This document shows, in pieces, positions 17,429 through 25,902 of a stretch of DNA of 64,000 nucleotides. Under the pieces are notes generated by a model. That model searched no databases. It had not been told where the DNA came from and saw only the letters and a program-made list of their open reading frames with translations. This DNA is from Parcubacteria bacterium C7867-008 (GTDB lineage Bacteria > Patescibacteriota > Minisyncoccia > Phycocordibacterales > Phycocordibacteraceae). The stretch covers positions 74,677 to 138,676 of the forward strand of contig LFCR01000002.1 in assembly GCA_001189215.1 (NCBI GenBank), given 5' to 3'. Position numbers and translations under genes: made by a program. Positions within the stretch are counted from its first letter, which is position 1, and each line of letters starts with the position of its first letter.

Positions 17429-19684
17429 ATGCGAATTACATCCCTGATGCTTCGCTCGGTACTCGTTGCAGTTTTATTTGTAGTACTAGTACTCCCCGGG
17501 GTACCTGTACACGCCCAACAACCTGCACCAACAAAGCCTGTTACTCCAGCCGCAGCAACACCTGCTCCTACGGCTGCTCCTACTGCCGCTGGGCAACCTG
17601 CTAAAACATCAGAAAGTCTTGGCGATAAGATAAAGGATGGAGCTGCAGCTGTAGGAGACATTGGTAGTTGTGCCAAAGATTTTGGAAACTGTCTTCTTAA
17701 TGCAGTGGGGAACGCCGTGGGTGGTTTTGCAAACTTTATACTGGCTCTCTCTGGAGTCCTTCTCAACTTTGTAATAGTTAAAACGGTATTCCAGTTCTCA
17801 ACACTTGTTGGTAACTCGCAGGGTCTATTAACCTCATGGGGAATACTGCGTGATCTTGGAAACCTGGTGCTGTTGTTCGGGTTTGTTCTGATGGGGCTCG
17901 GTACTATTTTGGATACGAATAAACTCCCAGACAAAAAAGCAATTCCAATGCTCATAGTCTTTGCAGTTCTTCTGAACTTTAGTCTCTTTGCTGCTGAAGC
18001 GGTTATTGATACATCTAACGTGCTTACATCAGCAATATACGCACAAGCAAACACTAATCCATGTTATTCGGAGGCGTGTGATATTAACGTGGGCCTTGGA
18101 GGAACCATAATGGAGGCAACCGGGCTTTCAACTCTAAACAATGTCCCAACTGACAGCTATTCCAAAAAGGCCAACAAACTTAGTATCATTTTTGGGTTGG
18201 CTGCATTCGCCATAATTGGTAGCGTTGTACTCTTTGCTGCTGCAATAATGCTGGCATTCAGAGCAGTTACACTAACAGGTTTGATAATTATCTCTCCCAT
18301 TGGTTTTGCTGGAATGGCTATTCCTCCACTTAAAAAGTATGCAACACAGTGGTGGAATGCACTTATACATCAAGCATTCTTTGCTCCTCTACTGTTCCTG
18401 TTCATCCTTATAACGCTAAAAGTAACCGAAGGGTTTGCTGCAGGGACTACGAATAAGGGCCTCGCCTCAGCGCTGCTAGCGCAGGGCACATCGGAAATGG
18501 GCATCATTATGGTGTTCATGCTGATCATTGGCGGTCTCGTTGCGTCACTTATGGCTGCAAAGAAGTTTGGCGCCATGGGAGCAGACTATGCGATCAATAC
18601 AGCAGGGAAGGTGGTAGGTGGAGCAACATTCGGTACCGCTGGATTTGTTGGAAGAAGAACTATCGGTGCTGGTTCATTGGCAGCCGCCCGCACCATACGC
18701 TCACAGAGCTGGGGCGCAACAGGGGCTGGTCGCATACTGGCAGGAGTTGCTGACCGGGGCGGGAAGGCAAGTTATGACTTCCGTAAAACGAAGATTGCAG
18801 CTCAAGCTTCTAAGAAAACTAAGATTGACTTTGGCACTCCAGGTAAAACTGCATCTGGTGGCTTTGCCGCAATAGAAAAGAAAGATATCGATAAGAAGAC
18901 TGCATACGCAAAGTCTCTTGAAATGAGTGAGAGCCAGAAGATAGAGAAAGAGAAACTTGGTGCTGCAAAAGAGACTGCTGCAGGTGAGCAGGCCGTTTCT
19001 GTTGTCGACACCAACACACGAAGAGCAGCCGCTGAAGCAACTAAGAAACAAATCAAAGACACTTGGGCTCCTCGCGAGCAACAGCTTAATACCGAGATTG
19101 CTGCTCTTGAAAGCAAGGCAGTAGCAAATGCTGGTGGGGCAGAGGTATCTCGTCTTGATACAGAAATCGCTATTGAAAAACTTAAAGCGCAACGCTTCCA
19201 AGCAACAGGACAGACTACAGAGTGGATGGATGCTGAAAACAAAGTCAAAGCGCTTCAGAAGCAGCGTGCAGAGTTTGTTGATGTTGAAACCAAACTCAAT
19301 GCACTTAGGGATGCAAAGACTACTGAGCTTTCTCAATACGAGGCTCAAATCGCTGTGGTTGATGGGGATCTCGCAAGCATCAGTGCAGAGAGTGCAGCAA
19401 GCGAGACGGCATACAAAGCGAAACTTGATGGAATCGATAAGAGACTCAAGGAGATTGATCCGAAGACTAAACAAGAAAAGTATGCCGAAGGACTTAAGAA
19501 TGATTGGTACGGTGGGTATAGCAGTCGTGAAGCAGCTCGAAAAATTAAGACTGACAACAAGAAGAAGTCTCCAGAGAAAGCACTTCTCGAAGCAATTAAG
19601 GCTCTTGAAGCAAACACTCCTCCTCCAGCAGCACCGCCAGCTCCTGGTTCTCCACCACCCCCTCCTACACCCCCAACTCCGTAA
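17429..19684 (+). CDS. TrbL/VirB6-like polytopic membrane protein with ~350-aa C-terminal coiled-coil/Lys-Ala-Glu-rich extension
   Basis: Start at ATG 17429 (5 nt after upstream stop) instead of track 17156; signal peptide, Pro/Ala-rich linker, then ~6 TM helices in VirB6-like spacing, then long charged coiled-coil and PPAAPPAPGSPPPPPTPPTP tail. Confidence 0.45.
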   Translation: MRITSLMLRSVLVAVLFVVLVLPGVPVHAQQPAPTKPVTPAAATPAPTAAPTAAGQPAKTSESLGDKIKDGAAAVGDIGSCAKDFGNCLLNAVGNAVGGFANFILALSGVLLNFVIVKTVFQFSTLVGNSQGLLTSWGILRDLGNLVLLFGFVLMGLGTILDTNKLPDKKAIPMLIVFAVLLNFSLFAAEAVIDTSNVLTSAIYAQANTNPCYSEACDINVGLGGTIMEATGLSTLNNVPTDSYSKKANKLSIIFGLAAFAIIGSVVLFAAAIMLAFRAVTLTGLIIISPIGFAGMAIPPLKKYATQWWNALIHQAFFAPLLFLFILITLKVTEGFAAGTTNKGLASALLAQGTSEMGIIMVFMLIIGGLVASLMAAKKFGAMGADYAINTAGKVVGGATFGTAGFVGRRTIGAGSLAAARTIRSQSWGATGAGRILAGVADRGGKASYDFRKTKIAAQASKKTKIDFGTPGKTASGGFAAIEKKDIDKKTAYAKSLEMSESQKIEKEKLGAAKETAAGEQAVSVVDTNTRRAAAEATKKQIKDTWAPREQQLNTEIAALESKAVANAGGAEVSRLDTEIAIEKLKAQRFQATGQTTEWMDAENKVKALQKQRAEFVDVETKLNALRDAKTTELSQYEAQIAVVDGDLASISAESAASETAYKAKLDGIDKRLKEIDPKTKQEKYAEGLKNDWYGGYSSREAARKIKTDNKKKSPEKALLEAIKALEANTPPPAAPPAPGSPPPPPTPPTP

Positions 19685-19740
19685 CTAAAGTCACCGTGGA
19701 GTAGTGGTAATTATTCCACTCACGCGCGATACTAAGAGTA

Positions 19741-20937
19741 ATGGGAGAAGAAGAGATCAACATTGATGAGCTCAATCCACAACAGAAGGCTGCCATTCTC
19801 ATGGCAGACCTTCCTGTTCCTGTTCAGAACTTTCTTAGAAGTCCTGAGCGCGACGCCGTATCAATTGAATTAAGTACAAAATATAAACTGCACGCTGATC
19901 AGGCAGGAGTATTCTCTGATGCATATATCTATATGCTCATGGGAATCTACACTCCTGAAGAGTTTGTACAACAACTTCGTCAGGCACAAATACCAGAAGC
20001 TACCGTTCAGGGAATAACCCTTGATCTAAATGAACGTGTGTTTAAGCGCCTTCAGAATGCTGAGCGTACGTACACGCCACCAGCCACGCCCGCACCAGCG
20101 CCAAAACCAGTACCGCCGCCGGTAGTAGTTGCTCCGGTTACTCCAAAGCCGATACAACCAACAGTAATGTCTGCACCAATTGTTCCAAAGCCTGTGCAAC
20201 CTCCTGTAGTTGCTGCTCCAGTCCTTCCAAAACCAGCTGTTACCGCCCCAGCACCACTGGTCGCAAGCATTCCAACCTTTAATCCTGCACTTGGCCCTGT
20301 TCCAACAGAACCAACCCCTACTCCGACACCATTTGCGCCAGTACCTAAAAGCATGCCTGTTATTCCGGTTCAAGGACCAATGCCAGCTGCTGCTCCAGTT
20401 CCACCCCCAGTACCACAAATTCCTGCCTATATTCCACCGTCGCCAGGAGCGACACCTATATATAGTCCGCCAACAGAGGCAGTGCAGCCTGGAGTACGAA
20501 CTATGGCTCACGATATTGAGATGATTAAAGAGGCTGTTGAGCATCCTCATCCTGTACGTCCAGACGTTCCTCCTCAGATATCTTGGCAGCCAAACTCCCC
20601 AGCACGTTCATTCCAGACATCATCTGTACCAAATACTCTTGCTGCACCAAGTATTCATCCGGCTCCAACCGGCGTGCCTATTGCTCCAATACCATCTATG
20701 CCACCGGCTCCAACCATGCCCGCACCTTCAGCACCATTATCTGTTGCGGTCCCACCACAGCACACAGCATCAACGCCTCCGTTACCTCCATCTTCAGCAC
20801 CCGTACCGCACAATCTCCCAACAGAACCAGCAGCGTATCCATGGCAGCAGCAAACACCAGCATCCGTATCAACGGGTCCAGCGAATCCAATCATAAAAGA
20901 GTACAGTGTGGATCCGTATCGTGAGGTCCCTCAGTAG
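19741..20937 (+). CDS. proline-rich low-complexity protein (PxxP/PVxP repeats), hypothetical
   Basis: Globular N-terminal ~115 aa then ~280 aa of P/A/V repeats (PVQPPVVAAPVLPKPAVTAPAPL...); causes many spurious antisense ORFs. Confidence 0.5.
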   Translation: MGEEEINIDELNPQQKAAILMADLPVPVQNFLRSPERDAVSIELSTKYKLHADQAGVFSDAYIYMLMGIYTPEEFVQQLRQAQIPEATVQGITLDLNERVFKRLQNAERTYTPPATPAPAPKPVPPPVVVAPVTPKPIQPTVMSAPIVPKPVQPPVVAAPVLPKPAVTAPAPLVASIPTFNPALGPVPTEPTPTPTPFAPVPKSMPVIPVQGPMPAAAPVPPPVPQIPAYIPPSPGATPIYSPPTEAVQPGVRTMAHDIEMIKEAVEHPHPVRPDVPPQISWQPNSPARSFQTSSVPNTLAAPSIHPAPTGVPIAPIPSMPPAPTMPAPSAPLSVAVPPQHTASTPPLPPSSAPVPHNLPTEPAAYPWQQQTPASVSTGPANPIIKEYSVDPYREVPQ

Positions 20938-20958
20938 GGAACTGATATACTCAAGGTA

Positions 20959-21384
20959 ATGGAGTATCAGGTTCCTCAGTTTATTGAAGTCGAAGATAAG
21001 ATATTTGGTCCTTTCACTCTTCGACAATTCATCTTCGTTGCAGGCGGAGTAGGGTTAAGTGCTGCAATTCTTGTATATGTTCCCCTTATCTTTGCTCTCA
21101 TACTTGTACTTCCTATTGCAGGGATCACCGGGGCACTCGCATTCTACAAAGTAAATAACAAGTCCTTCTTGGATATCATGGAGGCAGGATTCAACTACTA
21201 CACTAAGGAGCGTCTTTATCTTTGGAAGAAAGTTGAGAAGAAGTCTGAAACTCCTGCAATTGTGCAAGTTGCTGCGCCCACACAAGTGGATAGACAAAAG
21301 TTAGGTGTTTCAAGTGATCGTTTGAAAGAACTTGCGTGGTCTCTAGATATCAAGGATCACAATAAGACACCTGATACCTACTAA
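20959..21384 (+). CDS. VirB3-like small two-TM membrane protein
   Basis: 141 aa, hairpin of two TM helices (FIFVAGGVGLSAAILVYVPLIFALILVLPIAGITGALAF) directly upstream of VirB4 gene, as in Gram-positive-type T4SS. Confidence 0.4.
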   Translation: MEYQVPQFIEVEDKIFGPFTLRQFIFVAGGVGLSAAILVYVPLIFALILVLPIAGITGALAFYKVNNKSFLDIMEAGFNYYTKERLYLWKKVEKKSETPAIVQVAAPTQVDRQKLGVSSDRLKELAWSLDIKDHNKTPDTY

Positions 21385-21399
21385 CGTTATAGTTACTGT

Positions 21400-22032
21400 A
21401 TGCCTGCATCTAAACCAGCTCAAGATTTTGTACCTGTATCAGAAGTACGCAGTGGTGTAGTCATCCTGAAAGAGGGGGGCTATCGTGGCATCTTGATGTG
21501 TTCTTCTCTTAACTTCGCACTTAAGTCAGAGGACGAGCAGCGCGCAATAATTGGTGGGTTCCAGAACTTCCTTAACACGCTCGATTTCACCGTGCAGATT
21601 GTGGTGCATTCCCGTAAAACTGACATTCGTCCGTATCTTAATCTCCTAGGTGAACGTCTTCAGCACCAATCGAGTGAACTCATGCGCACTCAACTACGTG
21701 AATACATAAACTTTATTCGAACCTTTATTGAAGGTTCAGAAATCATGACAAAGACCTTCTATGTGGTGGTTCCGTATTCTGTAAGCAGTGCAGCCGTTTC
21801 TGTTAAGGGAGCATTTGCAGGAATAGGGAAGACGCCAAGTGCAGAACCCGTTGCTGATCAGGGCTTCGAGGAGGGTCGAGTGCAGCTTGAACAACGTATG
21901 GCACTCGTGGCTGGCGGTCTTGGCAGTTCAGGTCTACGCGCAATTCCACTTGGTACAGAAGAGATCATCGAACTTCTATACCGTTCATTCAATCTAGGCG
22001 AGATGGATAATCCAATCTCATTCACCGCATAA
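21400..22032 (+). CDS. VirB4/TraE-family ATPase, N-terminal domain (separated from ATPase domain by in-frame TAA)
   Basis: GVVILKEGGYRGILMCSSLNFALKSEDEQRAIIGGFQNFLNTLDFTVQIVVHSRKTDIRPYLNLL resembles the CagE/TrbE/VirB4 N-domain; same reading frame as 22036..23850. Confidence 0.55.
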   Translation: MPASKPAQDFVPVSEVRSGVVILKEGGYRGILMCSSLNFALKSEDEQRAIIGGFQNFLNTLDFTVQIVVHSRKTDIRPYLNLLGERLQHQSSELMRTQLREYINFIRTFIEGSEIMTKTFYVVVPYSVSSAAVSVKGAFAGIGKTPSAEPVADQGFEEGRVQLEQRMALVAGGLGSSGLRAIPLGTEEIIELLYRSFNLGEMDNPISFTA

Positions 22033-22035
22033 TCT

Positions 22036-23850
22036 ATGGCACTACTTGATTTCTTCAACAACAACAAGAAAGATGAGGCACCGGCAATGGCGCCAGTGTT
22101 GCCTAAGGATATTTATGCACAGGGCACACTCGATCTTGCAGACACGATCGCACCCGCAGCACTTAAGGTTGGCTCACGCGAGCTTGAGCTTGGAGAAAAG
22201 GTGGCACGATCGTTCTATACCATTTCATATCCACGCTTCCTTACGGACAGCTGGTTCACCCCCATAATCAATCTCGATAAGGTGTTTGATGTTTCTATAT
22301 TCGTTAGCCCTATTGATACCGCAGATGCGCTCCATAACTTCCAGAGGAAGGTAGCTGAAGTGCAGAGCCAGATTTCAGAAAGGGAAGCAAAGGGTCTTGT
22401 GCGTGATCCAATGCTTGATACGGCATACCAAGACCTTGAAAACCTCCGAGACAACCTACAACAAGCCCAGGAACATCTGTTTGAGGTTGGTTTGTACATA
22501 ACCATGTACGCTTCAAGTAAGGAGGAGCTTGATAAGGTTGAAGGAGATCTTCGCGGCATTCTTGATTCAAAACTCGTATACACCAAGCCTGCGCTCTTCC
22601 AGCAGGAGCAAGGGTTCCGTACCACGCTACCACTTGCCTTAGACCAGTTGAACGTAACAAACAAGCTCAACTCTGCACCGCTTTCTTCTATCTTCCCATT
22701 CGTCTCTTTTGATCTCTCAAGCGATCGAGGAATCCTGTACGGTATAAACCGCCACAACTCATCACTTATTCTTTTCGATCGTTTCTCACTTGAGAACTAC
22801 AACTCGGTTGTGTTCGCAAAGTCTGGCTCTGGAAAGTCCTATGCCGTGAAGCTTGAGATTCTCCGTTCACTCATGTTTGAAACAGACGTTATCGTTATTG
22901 ATCCTGAGCGTGAATACGACAACCTCGCACAGGCTACCGGTGGTAGGGTATTCAATATTTCTCTTTCAAGCGAGAACCATATCAACCCATTTGATCTTCC
23001 GCCGGTTAAGGAGGATGAAAACCCTTCAGATATTCTTCGCAGCACAATCATCAATTTGGTTGGGCTCTTCCGCATCATGCTTGGTGGTCTCAGTCCTGAA
23101 GAAGATGCAATTATCGATCGTGCTATCTCTGAAACCTATGCGCTCAAAGATATTAGTGGGGATGCAGATTTCACCGGTGTAGAGCCACCACTACTTTCAG
23201 ACTTTGAGAACGTACTTTCTGGTATGGAGGGTTCAACATCACTCGTACAGCGCCTCTCTAAGTACACCCGCGGCACGTGGTCTGGATTCCTCAATCAACC
23301 AACGAACGTTGATATCAAGAATCAGTTTGTGGTGTTTTCGGTGCGAGACATGGAAGATGAGCTTAAACCAGTGGCGATGTATATCGTTACGCACTTCATC
23401 TGGAATGCCGTACGCCACGAACTTAAGAAACGCCTTCTTATCATTGATGAGGCATGGTGGATGATGAAGTCTGAAGATACCGCATCATTCCTCTTCAGTA
23501 TTGCGAAACGCGGACGTAAATACTTCCTTGGTCTCTCAACTATCACCCAGGACGTTGAGGACTTCCTTCGCAGTCCATACGGTAAGCCAATTCTTACCAA
23601 CTCCTCTATGCAGCTTCTGCTCAAACAATCTCCAACAACGGTAGATGTACTACAGCAAACATTTAATCTGACAGATGAGGAGAAATTCCTTCTGCTTGAG
23701 TCTGGAGTGGGTGAGGGTCTCTTCTTTGCCGGCCTTAAGCACGCAGCAATTAAAGTTGTTGCTTCCTATACAGAAGACCAGATCATAACCTCAGACCCGT
23801 CCCAGCTACTTCAGATACAGCGTGAAAAATCACGGCAGGAGTCTGCCTAA
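22036..23850 (+). CDS. VirB4/TraE-family T4SS ATPase, ATPase domain
   Basis: Walker A FAKSGSGKSY, Walker B LLIIDEAWWMM, GLSTITQD; length plus preceding ORF about 814 aa, typical of full VirB4. Confidence 0.7.
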   Translation: MALLDFFNNNKKDEAPAMAPVLPKDIYAQGTLDLADTIAPAALKVGSRELELGEKVARSFYTISYPRFLTDSWFTPIINLDKVFDVSIFVSPIDTADALHNFQRKVAEVQSQISEREAKGLVRDPMLDTAYQDLENLRDNLQQAQEHLFEVGLYITMYASSKEELDKVEGDLRGILDSKLVYTKPALFQQEQGFRTTLPLALDQLNVTNKLNSAPLSSIFPFVSFDLSSDRGILYGINRHNSSLILFDRFSLENYNSVVFAKSGSGKSYAVKLEILRSLMFETDVIVIDPEREYDNLAQATGGRVFNISLSSENHINPFDLPPVKEDENPSDILRSTIINLVGLFRIMLGGLSPEEDAIIDRAISETYALKDISGDADFTGVEPPLLSDFENVLSGMEGSTSLVQRLSKYTRGTWSGFLNQPTNVDIKNQFVVFSVRDMEDELKPVAMYIVTHFIWNAVRHELKKRLLIIDEAWWMMKSEDTASFLFSIAKRGRKYFLGLSTITQDVEDFLRSPYGKPILTNSSMQLLLKQSPTTVDVLQQTFNLTDEEKFLLLESGVGEGLFFAGLKHAAIKVVASYTEDQIITSDPSQLLQIQREKSRQESA

Positions 23851-23856
23851 TCCGAT

Positions 23857-24240
23857 ATGGCAGCACAGCCTATCGACAACACGGAACAGCATTTGATGAT
23901 TGGCGCTTCATTCCTTGCAGATACCATTGGTCTTATCCCTGTAATTGGTAACTTTGTTTGGTTTGCCGCGTACGTTTCATTAACACTCTATTTTCTAATA
24001 AAGCTCGGGCCAAGCTATCTCGGGGGGAAGAATTCGGATCAAAAGATGGCCAAAGCCCTTATAACAGGGATTATTGGCGCCATACCAGTAATAGGGAACA
24101 TTGCTCCAGATCTCCTCATTCTGACCGTTACTACATTTCGTATGCACAATAAGGAGGTGGCGGAAGAGGAGCACAAAATGCAGGCAGCAACACAAGCAGC
24201 TAATGATAATGTTCGACGGAACCTATCCCGAGCTGCTTAG
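23857..24240 (+). CDS. small membrane protein with duplicated IPVIGN motif, hypothetical
   Basis: GLIPVIGNFVWFAAYVSLTLYFL and IIGAIPVIGNIAPDLLILTV hydrophobic repeats. Confidence 0.45.
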   Translation: MAAQPIDNTEQHLMIGASFLADTIGLIPVIGNFVWFAAYVSLTLYFLIKLGPSYLGGKNSDQKMAKALITGIIGAIPVIGNIAPDLLILTVTTFRMHNKEVAEEEHKMQAATQAANDNVRRNLSRAA

Positions 24241-24277
24241 CTTCGTACTGGTATAGACGCGTTATACTGTACCTATC

Positions 24278-25264
24278 ATGAAAGCAGGTTTCGTAGTACT
24301 GGCAGCACTTCTTATTGGTCTAAGCGGCACACCTGTACACGCACAGACTGCTGAAATTGGTCAGGACCCTTTGATGGTTTCTATAAGTCCTGATTTCCCA
24401 CGTCCATACGAAGCAGTTACGATAAGTCCTCAAAGTAACCTTATAGATCTAAGTGCCAGCACGGTCAGTGTATCTGTGAACGGAGTACTGATTGAAAAGG
24501 GGAGCGGTACCGCACCCGTACAAATACAAGCTGGTGCCGCTGGTGTCAGGACTGTTGTTACGGTAACTGCCGTGAATAATGGCCAGACATATACGAAAGA
24601 AATAACCATTCGCCCTGCAGATGTGGCACTTATTGTCGAGCCTGTATCGGTAAACCATCCATTCTATCGAGGAGCATCTCTTGTTTCTTCTGAAGGACTG
24701 CTTCGTTTAGTTGCACTTCCAGATCTCCGCACCACATCTGGGGCACCAATTCCCGCATCGAGCCTTGTATATACCTGGCGCAACGGTAGTCAGGTCCTTC
24801 AGGATAATTCGGGTATCGGCAAGTCTGTCCTTACCGCAACTGCGCCGGTACGCTATCGAGATACCACTATTCGTGTAACTGTTGCTACACAAGACAGTAG
24901 TATCGTTGCTGAGGCAACGGCATTCATCTCTCCAACCGTTCCTGTTATTCGTATCTACCAAAACGACCCCCTACTTGGTCCACTCTTTAATTACGCACTG
25001 CCTGCAAAAATAACTATGACTAGTGAGGAACAGACATTCCGTGCTGTTCCATATTACTTCTCCGGCATCCCACTCATGAACTGGACGGTTAACGGTAACC
25101 AGAGTCAATCAGGTAAGGATATTACGGTGCGTTCAAGTGGTTCAGGGACCGGAACAGCACTTGTTGGTTTCAATGCAAAACAGACTGCGTCAGGGGTGAT
25201 TGCTAACAGCTCTCTCAACATTAACTTCGGTGAGAAGAAGTCCCTTGGTATATTTGGCCTATAG
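24278..25264 (+). CDS. secreted beta-rich hypothetical protein
   Basis: Signal peptide MKAGFVVLAALLIGLSGTPVHA; Thr/Val/Ser-rich. Confidence 0.45.
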   Translation: MKAGFVVLAALLIGLSGTPVHAQTAEIGQDPLMVSISPDFPRPYEAVTISPQSNLIDLSASTVSVSVNGVLIEKGSGTAPVQIQAGAAGVRTVVTVTAVNNGQTYTKEITIRPADVALIVEPVSVNHPFYRGASLVSSEGLLRLVALPDLRTTSGAPIPASSLVYTWRNGSQVLQDNSGIGKSVLTATAPVRYRDTTIRVTVATQDSSIVAEATAFISPTVPVIRIYQNDPLLGPLFNYALPAKITMTSEEQTFRAVPYYFSGIPLMNWTVNGNQSQSGKDITVRSSGSGTGTALVGFNAKQTASGVIANSSLNINFGEKKSLGIFGL

Positions 25265-25266
25265 CT

Positions 25267-25893
25267 ATGAAACGCACCACTCTAATTTCAGCATCTTACT
25301 TCCTCCTTAGTGCGGTACTTATTTCAGTACCATCTCTCGTATTCGCGGATGACTCCTTCGTTCCTCTCACGAGTCTTCCTGGTATTCAAGATGTTGTTGG
25401 ATCGCCAACACTACCCGCATTCATAAATAATATTTATAAGTTCCTTATTGGGGGAGCGGCAATCTTGGCAGTGATTGAGATCAGTCGTGCAGGGTTCTCA
25501 ATCATGAATAGCAGTGACAGTATCTCTGCAAACAAGAAGGCTAAGGCACGTATATCTAATGCAATTATCGGACTCGTTCTCGTTCTTTCTCCATACATTG
25601 TGTTTAGCATTATCAATCCAAAGATTCTTGATATTAGTCTTGATTTCAGTCAGCTGAAGTCTGGTGCAACAGATGGAGGGGGTGGGGGTGCAGGGGGAAG
25701 TTCCGCATCATCTACGACTCCTGTTGCTGGTTGTGAGGCATATCCAACTCCAAGTGCTATTGGCGCTGAACAAAGCTGCAACACGGGAGCGGGGTATAAG
25801 CAGATAGATGCTAAGTGTTGCAGGGGGAGTGCAGCAGGAGCAAAATGCTGCGCTATTCCAAAGGGCACTGCTTCCACAACTCCTAAAATTTAG
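25267..25893 (+). CDS. pilin-like (VirB2/TrbC-like) protein with Gly/Cys-rich C-terminal tail
   Basis: Signal peptide, then two hydrophobic helices (FLIGGAAILAVIEISRAGF / AIIGLVLVLSPYIVFSIINP) separated by a short polar loop, then GGGGGAGG and 6-Cys tail. Confidence 0.35.
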   Translation: MKRTTLISASYFLLSAVLISVPSLVFADDSFVPLTSLPGIQDVVGSPTLPAFINNIYKFLIGGAAILAVIEISRAGFSIMNSSDSISANKKAKARISNAIIGLVLVLSPYIVFSIINPKILDISLDFSQLKSGATDGGGGGAGGSSASSTTPVAGCEAYPTPSAIGAEQSCNTGAGYKQIDAKCCRGSAAGAKCCAIPKGTASTTPKI

Positions 25894-25902
25894 TACCAAA
25901 TT

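Noticed and set aside
17383-19474. Minus-strand ORFs 17383..18054, 18701..19474, 18802..19248, 18819..19040
   Set aside because: They are antisense to the VirB6-like gene and arise from its low-complexity Ala/Lys/Glu-rich coding sequence.
20026-20924. ORFs 20026..20550(-), 20052..20354(-), 20210..20524(+), 20537..20896(+), 20583..20924(+), 20655..20894(-)
   Set aside because: All lie inside the proline-repeat gene 19741..20937. Repeat DNA gives open frames in every phase, and their translations are W/R/H-rich nonsense.
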